From Octopus sinensis (Eukaryota): 64,000 bases of DNA. Of the stretch, positions 39,418 through 51,959 are shown in pieces (the stretch's first letter is position 1; each line of letters opens with the position of its first letter). The stretch spans positions 78,802,001-78,866,000 of the forward strand of contig NC_043008.1 in NCBI RefSeq assembly GCF_006345805.1. Reading direction: 5' to 3'. The notes under the pieces are model-generated. The model worked only from the letters and a program-made list of their open reading frames with translations, searched no databases and was not told the origin of the DNA. Both the position numbers and the translations under genes were made by a program.

Positions 39418-39708
39418 AATAATCTGTATTTTGTTATTTTTTATTTGCCCTGTCCGTGTGAGCTAACAGTCGTACTGGCTTTCATGGGAAACATGTATTT
39501 TCGTGGTTGAAACCTTTTGGAGTAACTGGTGCTAGAGTGAGCAATATAGTGACCACTCTCTTATATTTATTTTGTAAAAATATTATAATATGTTATAAAA
39601 TATTATAATAATCCAGGTTTCTCGTAGCACTAGGCCACTTGGTGTTGAATAAATATACTATTAAATTAGTATCTAATTCTCTCACCCTTATTAATTAATT
39701 ATATATAC

Positions 39709-39740
<32 letters not shown>

Positions 39741-39871
39741 CATATATACAATTAATAAATATAAGGGTAGCAAAAAATTCTAGAAAAAATTCTCCGCTAC
39801 CAGCGGTCTAGTGAGAAAGAAAAAATAGTCAAAGACTATATAATATACATTCAACAATATAAGGAATGGCC

Positions 39872-40036
39872 ATATAGGACATTCGACTCACTAGAAAGAG
39901 CAGCCAAAACTCATACCGCTAAGTAGTTGTAATTCTGAAATAGAAAGAGAAATAAAAACGTTTACCCCTTTATTTCAGAATTACAACTACTTAGCGGTAT
40001 GAGTTTTGGCTGCTCTCTCTAGTGAGTCGAATGTCC

Positions 40037-40041
<5 letters not shown>
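39872..40041. repeat. Hairpin with 71-bp arms and 28-nt loop
   Basis: 39872-39942 is the inverse of 39971-40041, 1 mismatch. Confidence 0.9.
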
Positions 40042-40114
<73 letters not shown>

Positions 40115-40119
40115 CATAT

Positions 40120-40150
<31 letters not shown>

Positions 40151-40163
40151 TATATACATATAC

Positions 40164-40204
<41 letters not shown>

Positions 40205-40207
<3 letters not shown>

Positions 40208-40410
40208 CGGGAAGCTTTATGAAAATAGACAAAAGACGAAGGCAGGTGGAAAACAAACAAACAATTGTATTAGTATGGCGCTCAGGAAATATAAATAAAA
40301 CAAGTCTTTAACATTTCGAGCCTACGCTCTTCAACAGAAAGATACACAGAGAGAAAAAAAACACAGAAAGAAGGAGAGAAAAAAATGCGTGCAGTAACTA
40401 ACGAATCAAC
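40205..40410 (-). repeat. Short PLE-related repeat with degenerate HHR (40306-40340)
   Basis: Minus TTT-CTGTTGAA-GAGC[GTAG]GCTC-GAAA-TGTT-AAAG; second copy at 46895-47085. Confidence 0.6.
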
Positions 40411-40473
<63 letters not shown>

Positions 40474-40535
40474 ATATATATACATATATATAATATATAC
40501 ATATATATATATACATACATATATATAATATATAC

Positions 40536-40566
<31 letters not shown>

Positions 40567-40616
40567 CATATAATACATATATATATATACATATATATAT
40601 ACATATATATATATAT

Positions 40617-40897
40617 ATGCAGGCCGTCTGCCAGCCTCGTCTGGCACCTGTGTCGGTGGCACATAAAAACACCATCCGAGCGTGGCCGTTCGCCAGCCTC
40701 GTCTGGCACCTGTGTCGGTGGCACATAAAATCACCCACTACACTCTCGGAGTGGTTGGCGTTAGGAAGGGCATCCAGCTGTAGAAACACTGCCAGATCTG
40801 ACTGGCCTGGTGCAGCCTTCGGGCTCCCCAGACCCCAGTTGAACCGTCCAACCCATGCTAGCATGGAAAACGGACGCTAAATGATGATGATGATGAT
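40617..40897 (+). mobile_element. RTE 3' UTR fragment with tandem ~45-bp units and (GAT)n tail
   Basis: Inverse of 28871-29076; gccagcctcgtctggcacctgtgtcggtggcac occurs twice. Confidence 0.8.
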
Positions 40898-41019
40898 GAT
40901 GATGATACATATATATACATATATATACATATATATATATATACATATATATATATACATATATATACATATATATATATACATATATATACATATATAT
41001 TTTGTGGACACACCACTCA

Positions 41020-43700
41020 CACACACCCACCCACCTACCTCCCACACCCACCCACCCACCTACCTCCCACACGCCTGTTCACACACACACATACGTAGAC
41101 CCATCTACGTACATACATTCACACATTTAATCACACACACTTACAGACATACTAACACACACTAACATACAAACCAACATGCACATACACACACACATAC
41201 ATACATACGCACACACATACATACTTACACACACACACACACACACACAGACATACATACACATACACACACACTACATACGCACATACATACACACACA
41301 CTCACACACACACACCGCACGTACATACTCACACACACACATGCAAACATACATGTAGGCCATACATACATACATACCTACACATGCACACCCTTACACT
41401 GAATGCACACACACATACACCTTTTTGCATCCAGGCAGCCCCCCCTCTTTTCTGCTTTCCGGTTTTTGGCTGATGGATCCTCGGTTCCCGCGTAGCGGGG
41501 CGTTCGAGGGCCTTTGCGCTCGCGCGCCTTGGCGCACGCTGGGGGCTTGGTCGGCCCCTTGGGCTTGCGTTGTACTGCTTGTGCGTTGTGTGCGTGGGCG
41601 CGCTTCGTGTGTGTGGGCTTGCTTCGGATGTGCGCGTGCGTATGTATGCATACATACCCACACACTCGCATGCATCCCTACCCACATACATACACGCACA
41701 CCTACTCACACACACACATACACACACATACCTGCACACACACACACACATACATACATACACATACATACCTACTTCAGACATACACACACACAGACAT
41801 ACACCCATACACTCACACTCACACGCATACACACACACACATACACCACACACACGTACACATACACACACACACACACCTACATACATACATTACACTT
41901 GTATACACACACACTTACATTCATACACACACACACCTACACAGCCATACCCTCACTCAGACACACACATCTACCTACACACACACACAAACACACACGG
42001 ACACAACCCATACATACATCTACACACACACGCCTACACACATACATACACACATACATAAACACACCAACATACACATATACACACATACGCACACACA
42101 CATATACTTATACACATGCACACACCACACATACATACATACACCCATATACATACACACACACATACCCACATACTCCTATACGCACATACATACACAC
42201 AGACATACACACATACACACTCACACAAACATACACACCACATACTTACACACACACTCACCTGCACGCGCACACACACTGCATGACAAACACCCATACA
42301 CTCACTCACATACGCACACACCAACATAAACACGCACACGCACACGCACACACACACCTACACTCCCACACACATACACACGCACCTACATACACACACG
42401 CACGCATACACACGCATACACACATACATTACACACGTACACACCACCTACATACACATGCATACACACACACACCAAACATGCATGGACACACCCAGAC
42501 ATACACACATACACCTATATACACACGCCACACACCTACATACACACATATACACACACGCCCACACACCTACATACACACACATACATACACACACATA
42601 CACGGACACACCCATACATACTTACATACATACACCTATACACACACGCCCACACACCTACATACACACACATGCATACACACACACACATGTACGCACA
42701 CACACACATATACGCACATACATATATACCCACACACATGCACACACACACACATACGCACATGCATGCATGCATGCATGCACACGCGCACACCTACACG
42801 CATACACACACACACACGCACGTACACATACATACATACACACACGCATACATACACCCATACACATACATGCATCCTACACACACATACATACACACTC
42901 ACACATACATACACACACACACACTCACTCACACACCTGTATGTACGCACACACACATGCACATACACACACTTCCCCACACCCACACGTACATACATAC
43001 ACCACTCACACACATACCACACACACACACACACACGGACATACATCTATGCACACACATACATACACACATACTCACATACATTCATCGGACACACTGC
43101 CACCACATACACACAGACACACTCACACATCCACACACATACATACTTACGCACATACTCGCAGGCTCGCGCACGCACGCGCTTGCGCCGGTTCGCGTAC
43201 GCATACGCTCCGCAGGCACCTCGCTCTTGGAACCGACAAGACCTCCCGCCCGTTCCTGGGACCGTCGCGTGTCGTTGGTTTTTCCCACGCCCTCCTCCGC
43301 GGGACCACTCTTCCATCTTCCCCTCAGCTGGAGTCCTTTTTCCTTAAACCCCCCTTTTTCGTTACCACACGCGCACACATATACACACATTGCTTAAATA
43401 TATACATTACTCTTACACACATTCAATCTACTCGCCATTTATACCACCACGACCACCACACACTGGACACACACACACACTACTACTCAACAAACGCTGG
43501 CACGCTACATACCGCCCCCACCCCTTCCCTCCCCTCCTTCCTCCTTCCTTCTTTTTCTTACTACTGACCTTTGTCTGCTAAGCTGACCACTATCTCGCCC
43601 TACCTCACACGCCTACACACAGACGCACACACTAACACACACACATATATATATTTTTGTTTTTTCATCTCGCCTCACACACACACATACACACACGCAC
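41020..43700. repeat. About 2.6-kb degenerate (CA)/(TACA) microsatellite field
   Basis: Directly visible; source of spurious His/Thr-rich ORFs. Confidence 0.95.
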
Positions 43701-43906
43701 ACGCACACACTCACACATACACACACATCTGTTGCGTTACCAACCTTGTCTCACTCCACTCTTTTGCCTTTAAAAACCCACTTTGCTCTGTTTTCGTAAA
43801 CATCCGCCTTTCACACCATGTGCAACTCGTAAACACCAGTCGTCTTTTTTCTCTTTCCTGTTGCCCCCGCTCTGGGATCTTTCTTTTCCTCTCTCTCCTT
43901 CTTTAT

Positions 43907-43941
43907 GTTTCCGACGAAGAGCTCCGCTCGAAACGTCATAC
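43907..43941 (+). ncRNA. Non-canonical minimal HHR (same family as 19385)
   Basis: GTTT-CCGACGAA-GAG[CTCCG]CTC-GAAA-CGTC|ATAC. Confidence 0.55.
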
Positions 43942-44091
43942 CTCCCTGCTTCCTTTCCTTTTCTGAGCGCCTATTAATAATAATACTGTAATTGTTCCAT
44001 TGTTGTTGTTTTTTTGTTTCCCGTTTGGATTAAAATTACATATATATACATATATATATATACTATATATACATATATATATACATATAAG

Positions 44092-44123
<32 letters not shown>

Positions 44124-44213
44124 TATATATAATACATTATATATATATATAATATATATATATATATTCTATATATATACACATATATAATAATATATAT
44201 ATATATATTATAC

Positions 44214-44306
<93 letters not shown>

Positions 44307-44511
44307 CATATATATATATATATACATATTATATACATATATATATAAAATTAGATGGGGTTGTAAATTCAACCCTCCATGGGATAACATATATCCAATA
44401 TACTGCTAGAGAAGTACCCAACAAAACTAATACATAAATGTTAAAAATTGCGATGCAATTAATTCATCTACTGTATTATGTGGGCAAGGGTACAATTATT
44501 ACCGTAAATTA

Positions 44512-45440
44512 ATAATACAAAATGAGAAAATGGAGAAATATACCTAAATCAATCATCAACCATCAGATAATACTTTATTAAACCATTACACAACAGCAGT
44601 TATATTATACATAATATATTACAAATATAACAAGACATAGAAATAGAAATAGAAAATACATCTGTGGATGTACGTGCGCGTGTGTATGTTTCCTGGCTAA
44701 CTAACCGTAAAATTTCCATTGTGATTCAAATTTAAAACTATAAGCCAATCGAATCTATCTATGAAAATCAATACCATGCGGGCAGAGGAATTCGACTTAT
44801 TGAGTATATATGTGGATGTCCGCTTGCTTTAGTTGGTACAATCATGGTTGTTATTATTATTATTATTATTAATATTAATATTAATTTTATTGACTTTTTT
44901 TGTGTGGTTACACATTTTAATAGACTGGACTGTTAAATATATATGCCTGCTTTAAATGTGAGTGTACATGTATTTCCTTGATGTTGATTATAGAACTATG
45001 AGTTCAATATGGAACATTATTGTGTTTGTTAATGTATATTGACCTATATTGTTTATATTGTATTATTGTGTATATATATATATATATGTGTAGAAATATG
45101 AGTGTCTATGCACACATATTTATATTTATATGTAAATTTTTTTCATACTTACATTAAATTCTCTGAAGAGGCCGTGAGACATTCTTGTTAATGTCTCGTT
45201 TATACCTGCTTTATATAGCTAATAGGTTAAATGGGACATACCTGTCTTCACGGCCGAAACAGCTGTCAGCTACAATGTAAATGTATTTTCTATTTCTATT
45301 TCTATGTCTTGTTATATTTGTAATATATTATGTATAATATAACTGCTGTTGTGTAATGGTTTAATAAAGTATTGATTGGGTATTATATGATGGTTGATGA
45401 TTGATTTAGGTATATTTCTCCATTTTCTCATTTTGTATTA
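44512..45440. repeat. pLTR-like segment bounded by ~150-bp inverted repeat
   Basis: About 44512-44660 is the inverse of about 45282-45440. Confidence 0.8.
45161..45269 (+). ncRNA. Type-I HHR with 70-nt stem II insert
   Basis: CT-CTGAAGA-GGCCGTGA[70 nt]TCACGGCC-GAAA-C[AGCT]G-TC|AG; strong stem II, weak stem I. Confidence 0.75.
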
Positions 45441-45464
45441 TATACATATATATATTATATATCA

Positions 45465-45498
<34 letters not shown>

Positions 45499-45502
45499 AT
45501 AC

Positions 45503-45535
<33 letters not shown>

Positions 45536-45567
45536 CTATATATATACATATATATATACATATATAC

Positions 45568-45598
<31 letters not shown>

Positions 45599-45748
45599 CA
45601 TATATATATACATATATATATACATATACATATACATATACATATAATATACATATACATATATATATACACACACATATATATATACACACACATATAT
45701 ATATACACACTATATATATATATATATTATATATATATATATATATAT

Positions 45749-45797
<49 letters not shown>

Positions 45798-46592
45798 TTA
45801 CTTGGAGAAGAAGAAAACTATGCTGTGTGTTCAATCATATAATAACAATTTAATAAATAAAACATATGCATGCATATATATATGTACATACCTACATCTA
45901 TATGTATATATACATGCATATGAGTACAGGACACCTCAAATTAACGTAGAACACAACGAGAAACAGAAACATAAAACCAAACAAGGAAACGGACTTTTTT
46001 AACAACGAAAAAACAGAGTACAAGACAAACAACACAAGGAATATTCCCCTTTTTCAGTTGCCCCTGTTTCGACTCAAAGCGTGTTTCGAAGGTATGGGCA
46101 GAACACGACCACGTTGAAGCAGTCATTCCTGCAAAATGATTTAAATAAAATTTTTTTGTGGAGGGGTAAAAAAAAAAGTGACAAGAACAGGACGTAAAAG
46201 CAATACAAATGAAGAAAAAAACAGTACAAATAAAGATAAAAACAGTAAAAGACAAGACAAGGAAATCAACAATAAGGGCTTTTTTTTAAGCCTAGACGCT
46301 GAAAAAATTCGTTAGGACACATTCTGAAGATCGGCTTGTGAAGACAGAAAAAAGCTGATGTTGACTTGTTGAAAGCAGTGGGCAGAAAGAAAGTTAGTAG
46401 CCCTCCGGTCGGACTGCTTCGGCGTGGTCGTGTTCTGCCCTTACCTTCGAAACACGCATTGAGTCAAAACAGAGGCAGCTGAAGAAAAGGAATATATGCA
46501 TGTATATATACATATAGATGTAGGTATGTACATATATGTATGTATGTATGCATATGTTTTATTCATTAAATTGTTATATATATAATATATAT

Positions 46593-46761
46593 GGTCTGTG
46601 CGATACTTGTTAAAGCCAACAATGTTCTTTGAATGAACACTAGACTGTTTTTCCCACATTTTTCTGTAATATAGAAATACACTCTTCATATTTGCTCACA
46701 CTATTTTATAATAACAATTTATATTATTATAAAATATGATCTCATAATATAAAAAATATAA
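46593..46761 (-). pseudogene. Partial intronic duplicate of the 50267-50466 exon (acceptor, first 71 nt and about 98 nt of upstream intron)
   Basis: High similarity to 50396-50609; acceptor tattacag|AAAAAT retained at 46663. Confidence 0.9.
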
Positions 46762-46764
46762 CAT

Positions 46765-47292
46765 GGGTCCTGGTTCAGTCCCACAGCATGGCATCATGGG
46801 CAAGTGTCTTCTACTATAGCTTCTGGGGCCAACCAAAGCCTTGTGAATGGATTTGGTAGATGGAACCTGAGAGTAGCCCATGATATATATATATATAACG
46901 GGAAGGTTTACAAAAATAAACAAAAGACGAAGGCAGGTGGAGTACAAACAAATGTATTAGTATAGCGCTCAGGAATAGAAATAGAAAAAGTCTTTTACAT
47001 TTCGAGCCTACGCTCTTCGACAGAAAGATACACAGAAAAAAACAAGGAGAGAAAAAATGTGTGTAGGAGCTAACGATCTATCATGGCATGTTTGTGTGTG
47101 TGTGTTTTCCCCCCACCATCGCTTGACAAACAATGCTAGTGTGTTTATGTTCTTGTAATTTAGTGGTTCAGCAAAAGAGTCCAATAGAATAAGTACTAGG
47201 CTTACAAAGAATAAGTCCTGAGGTCAGTTTGTCCGACTAAAGGCAGTGTTCCAGCACGGCCGCAGTCAAATGACTGAAACAAGTAAAAGAAT
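46765..47292 (+). mobile_element. tRNA-derived SINE interrupted by an HHR-bearing repeat (46895-47085)
   Basis: Head GGTTCAGTCCC...TGGGCAAGTG at 46765-46880; 3' half ...gtcaaatgactgaaacaagtaaaaga at 47095-47292; HHR-like motif on minus at 46993-47026. Confidence 0.75.
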
Positions 47293-47373
47293 ATATGTAT
47301 ATATATACATACATACGTATATATATATATATATATATATATCTTTGCATGTATCTATCTATATATTTATATA

Positions 47374-48606
47374 CACAGACATGCAGGAAGTAAATAGACA
47401 CCTTTAATTTTCAAAATTTCTGACTTAAGCGTCTCAATGTGTTTTCAGTGGTGTAGAATTTACTATGTAATTATTCTTTTTCAATCCAAGTGCCATTATA
47501 TTAAACATTTGCAAAAAGTAATCATGTCATACACAAAAAATTCAGCAGAGCTGTCAGATTTTCAAAGAGGTTATATTGTTGGGCAATCTGAAGTTGGTCT
47601 TAGCCAATGAAAAATTGCCAAAAATCTTCAAATTCCTCTTGCTACTGTTAATAGAATTATAGTACAATTCAAAAGCCAGAGAAAAGAATCAACAGATTCT
47701 CATCCCAGCTGACCTGGGCCCTCAGAAAGGAAGCTTCACTGTTTGAAAGGAATTGTGGAAAAGTTGAGTTCGAAGGCTTCTAACATTGCAGAACAGCTAG
47801 AAGTTAGCCCAAGAACATGTGTTACAGGTGTATAAGCTTGAGTATTATGGACGAGCAGCTAGAAGAAAACCTCTCCTATCAGGAAAAGAAAGAAATGGGC
47901 TCAGATGTCAGTTCATTTTGGGATAGAGGGATTTTCTGAGATGAATCCAGATTTGCCTTATTTTCAGACAGTGGAAATGTTTGGGTCTGGAGGCTTCCCA
48001 ATCAAGAATTTGGTTTGAAATGACTCCAACCAACTGTGAAACATAGCGGTATCTCTGTAATGGTATGGGGGACTGTGACTAGCATTGGTCATTCTGAGCT
48101 GATCAAATGTGTTAGAACCATAAACTCTGAAAAATGCATCGAAATACTTAAGCAAGGACTACTTCCGATGTATCCACATGATAACATAACGAAAAATGAG
48201 TTTTTATTCGTGGAAGATGGGTCTCCATGTCAAACAGGGAAAAGAAATCAACCATGGCTGACTGAAAATGGGATCAAAAGGCTTCCTTGGCCAAGCCAAT
48301 CTCCTGACATGAACCCAATTGAAAATCTTTGGAGCATACTAGATAGAGCTATACAAAAAACTCAACGGAAACCTAAATCTAAAGATAATTGTTTCGATTG
48401 TTGTGTGAAAAGTGGGCAGAAACTCCACAAGAGACAATCACAAAGCTCATCAGTTGAGTTTCTGAATTAAAAACTGCAAAGGGAATGTCAACTAAATACT
48501 AAAGTATGTAGTCCTACCTATCAATTGCATTTCAATTGTTCACTTTGCATATTAAATAAAAGATTTTGAAAATTAAAGGTGTCTATTTTCTTCCTGCATG
48601 TCTGTG
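47374..48606 (+). mobile_element. Tc1 (DD34E) transposon, complete but decayed
   Basis: 44-bp TIRs 47374-47417 and 48563-48606 (1 mismatch); TA at left; transposase relic 47524-48502: MSYTKNSAELSDFQRG...DESRF...VMVWG...EDGSP...SPDMNPIENLW (34 residues between D and E), with stops. Confidence 0.93.
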
Positions 48607-49253
48607 TGTGTGTGTGTACATATATATATATATATATATATCCAGTACAACCTGTTGCATGGTCAGGCCGTCAGCATCTAAACTGGCAACCCCACCAAGG
48701 TGAGGAGGGTGTTTATTGGACACCCTGCGGCATGAAAAACAAAACCCGTCAAAGGGCGGAGGAACTCTTGAGAGTCAACAGCCATCCAATAAATGTGTAT
48801 TTTTTTTTAAGGCTTAAGGTTGTATCATGCACAGAGACATAGAAATAATCAGACTGAATACCCGATCGCGCGGTTAAACCATTGGGAGTGAAGGACTCCT
48901 AGCCTTTGTTAGGGCATCCTTCTAGGAGAAGGTAACTCAGGTAACTGGGATAACTCCGACATAAAACCTACAGCTCAGTGGTTTCCGATGATGTTGACTT
49001 GTTTTTCTTTTTGGATTATGGCTGCTGTTGCTTAGTGAGTGGGACTGACTCAGTGCACAGCCTTTCCTCACTTTAAAAAGAATCTTACACAGCCATTGCA
49101 CAATAGCAACATTGTTCATGATTGTTGATAATGCTGTGAGTCTCAACTGAATAGCTGGCTGTAGCCTTAAAAAGTAAATAAAAGTCACATTCAATCACAG
49201 CACCAATAACAGTTAAGCTTTGTGTAATGGCCATACTTGATAAAGAGGGGGCA

Positions 49254-49308
<55 letters not shown>

Positions 49309-50266
49309 CATACATACATCAATTTGAAATCACAACCGAAAGAGCTACTAATAGCTTAATGCTGTTATGATACTTGAACAGACATATTTATAAAATACAC
49401 CTGTATCTTAAAGCAATCTTTCAGGCTCTGAAAAAGATAGGAACACTAGCATTAGTGAAAATTGCCTTGTAACTTCCAAGCTTAAGGGCCAAAAGTGGCC
49501 CCTATAACTGGAAGAGAATAGAAGAGAGCAAGTAATAATTATAAGTGGAAGGATAAGGGATGGTAAGATAAGTGGAACAGGTTTATTGTTGTGATAGGGT
49601 GGTAGAAGAAAATGTAATAGCGTAGAAGTATAGTCACTAATTGTGTTTGTGTGTGAAGAGGAGAGTAGTTACTAAATTCTTAGCTTAATCCAAAAATCCT
49701 AAATGGGAAATTTTTTAAATAAAACTCATTGTTGAAATGAACAGAATTTTGCTAAGAAATCATAGGGAAATGATAATATTAAAACTAACAGCAATATTGA
49801 TAAAATAAAATAGTTTACTACGTGGAAATGTTTATGCTGCTTGAATGAAACATAATTTGCAAAAAATATAAAACAACAAACATAGAGGCATAGTTCAATA
49901 TAATATAAACTAATGTAATATAATCGTATAGAGTGAACATCAATGATACCTCCCACATGTTACAAGTTGACAAACATTTGAATAGCAAAAACACAGTGTG
50001 CACCAATCCATACAATGAACTCAATAAAACAGTAAAATATTAACCACATGATGACTAACCTGACTTCATTCATGCCACACCAATAGCCATGTAAAATATG
50101 TGAGGGTTTTTCTGTCACACCCTATATTATGCTATATTACATCATAAATGTAAATTGTTAGTGTCAAAAAATAAAAGCATACATGAAAAATGTAAATCAA
50201 AAAATCTTTGAATGAAAACAAAGAAGTGAGGATACTACAGTTTCTTATTTAATTATTGCAACTTAC

Positions 50267-50466
50267 ATGTAAGACATTATTTGAGACACTTTTCTGATCT
50301 TTTACAACTCCAATAGGTAATAAATAGTTACTGTAAAGGGGTATTAGTTCTGTAACCAACCGATTCAAATCAGGCTTTTTAGAATTATGCTTTTTGGTCT
50401 GTGCAATACTTGTTAAAGCTGACAATGTTCTTTGAATGAACACTAGACTGTTTTTCCCATACTTTT
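50267..50466 (-). CDS. M13 (neprilysin/ECE-like) metallopeptidase, first exon found in window (200 nt, phase 1-0)
   Basis: tattacag|AAAAGT...TTACAT|gtaagt; translates (E)KYGKNSLVFIQRTLSALTSIAQTKKHNSKKPDLNRLVTELIPLYSNYLLPIGVVKDQKSVSNNVLH, matching neprilysin ...INLFVGTDDKNSVNHVIH with the same 3' intron position. Confidence 0.85.
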
Positions 50467-51549
50467 CTGTAATATAGAAATATAGACTTTGCTCATACAA
50501 TATTTTATAATAACAATTTATATTATTATAAAATATGATCTCATAATATTATAAAATATGATCTCATAATATTATAAAATATGATCTCATAATATTATAA
50601 AAAATATAATATATAACAATATTATATATTAATAAAATACTAAATAAATTTTATAAATTAATTATTTTTACAAACATATTTGAAATGAGATTGTTTTGTT
50701 AATCTTTTATTCAAGAGTAAAGGCCTTAATGACCCTTTACAGAGCCTTCAAAACTAGTGAAAGTTGGTGAGGAATATATCCTCGAACCAGAAACCTAGTC
50801 TGAATGAACTTTACTAAAGGCACCCACAATGCTAGGTGGTGGTGTCAGGTCAAGTAGGCCACAGTGTGATTTGAACTCAGAGCACAAACCACTGAAACAA
50901 ATACCGCAAGTAGTCCAATATGACATTCTTACACCTCTGTCAATTGCCTTAGATTGGCACTATTTCAAATGTAATTTTGAAACATTTTTAGTGATTCCCC
51001 AAAATGATGAAAGGCAAAATAGATCTTGGCAGAATTTGAACTCAGAGGGCAGAGATTTGGAACAAATCCTGTGATCCATTTTGTCTGATGCTCCAACAAA
51101 TCCAACAATTCACAAAAGAGTATTCTAAATATTTTAGACAAGAGCAAAAAAGAAAATAGAAAGAGAAGAAACAAACAAAAACTACTTCTCAAGAATTTAT
51201 TTGATAATATATTTCCAATAGATTATTCTGGGAGCATGTTATATCAGTTTTGCACTTGATTCATTGTTTCTGGTGTTATTTTAGTATTTCATCTGTTGTG
51301 TTGAGTATGTGCAATGTGAATTGTGTTATTTTGGTGGGCTATGTTTGCATTTCATACAAAGTGTGTGATTAGTGATATGTGTTTTAGAGTCATTCTGGGA
51401 TGTAAAATATGTTTGGAGTGATGGCTTTGAAATTCTGTGAATGCTTTAATGGGTTTTCTGTCAAACATCTTCAATTTACTTCTGGTTTATTATGTTGAAG
51501 CTGTAGTTAATAAGTAGGATGGTTTGCACATTTATACTTGTTATTTTAT

Positions 51550-51790
51550 TTCTAGCACCAAATTCAGTTTTTGATATAGATTTCAAAATTTGGCACAAGG
51601 CCAGCAATGTAGAGGGAGGGGCTAAGTCAATTACATCGACCCCAGTACTCAACTGGTACTTATTTTATCGAACCATAAAGGATGAAAGGCAAAGTCAACC
51701 TCAGCAGATTGTGAACTCAGAACATGAAGACAGACAAAATGCTGCTAAGCATTTTACCTGACATGCTAACAATTCTACCAGCTTACTACC
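51550..51790 (-). mobile_element. Second SINE-like family, longer copy
   Basis: Similar to 10730-10870 and 50960-51070. Confidence 0.6.
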
Positions 51791-51959
51791 TTTAAAAATT
51801 TCACTCAGCATTTTGTCCAGCATAGTAACGATTCAGCCAACTCACCACCTTACAACTCAGTTTTTAATATTAGCCTAACTCTTCTTTAGTACCCACTGGG
51901 GAATTTGTTAGAATTGTTTGTCGATTGTTATTTTTTTTTTATTGTTTACATGATTTTAT

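Larger units (their letters stand above)
38363..39700. mobile_element. Retrozyme-like HHR-bearing 530-bp unit: about 1.6 tandem copies plus one inverted copy
   Basis: Cleavage-site motif GAAACAATTGTC|CCAA at 38883 and 39413 (period 530); 38363-38868 is the inverse of about 39059-39566; no protein-like ORF. Confidence 0.75.

Noticed and set aside
41415-41640. GC-rich island (and 43150-43360) inside the CA field
   Set aside because: Contains distorted SINE motifs (cttggtcggcccc, cttttctgctttccg); most likely noisy low-coverage consensus rather than a CpG island or foreign DNA.
41425-43347. 640-aa and overlapping His/Thr-rich ORFs
   Set aside because: Translations of (CA)/(TACA) microsatellite, which lacks stop codons; no domain or splice evidence.
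44040-45800. Ile/Tyr-rich ORFs such as 45394-46002
   Set aside because: Translations of (TA)n/(TACA)n microsatellite.
48660-48990. RTE 5'-UTR-like segment checked for an HDV-like ribozyme
   Set aside because: A nested double pseudoknot could not be assembled by eye, so it is not supportable.
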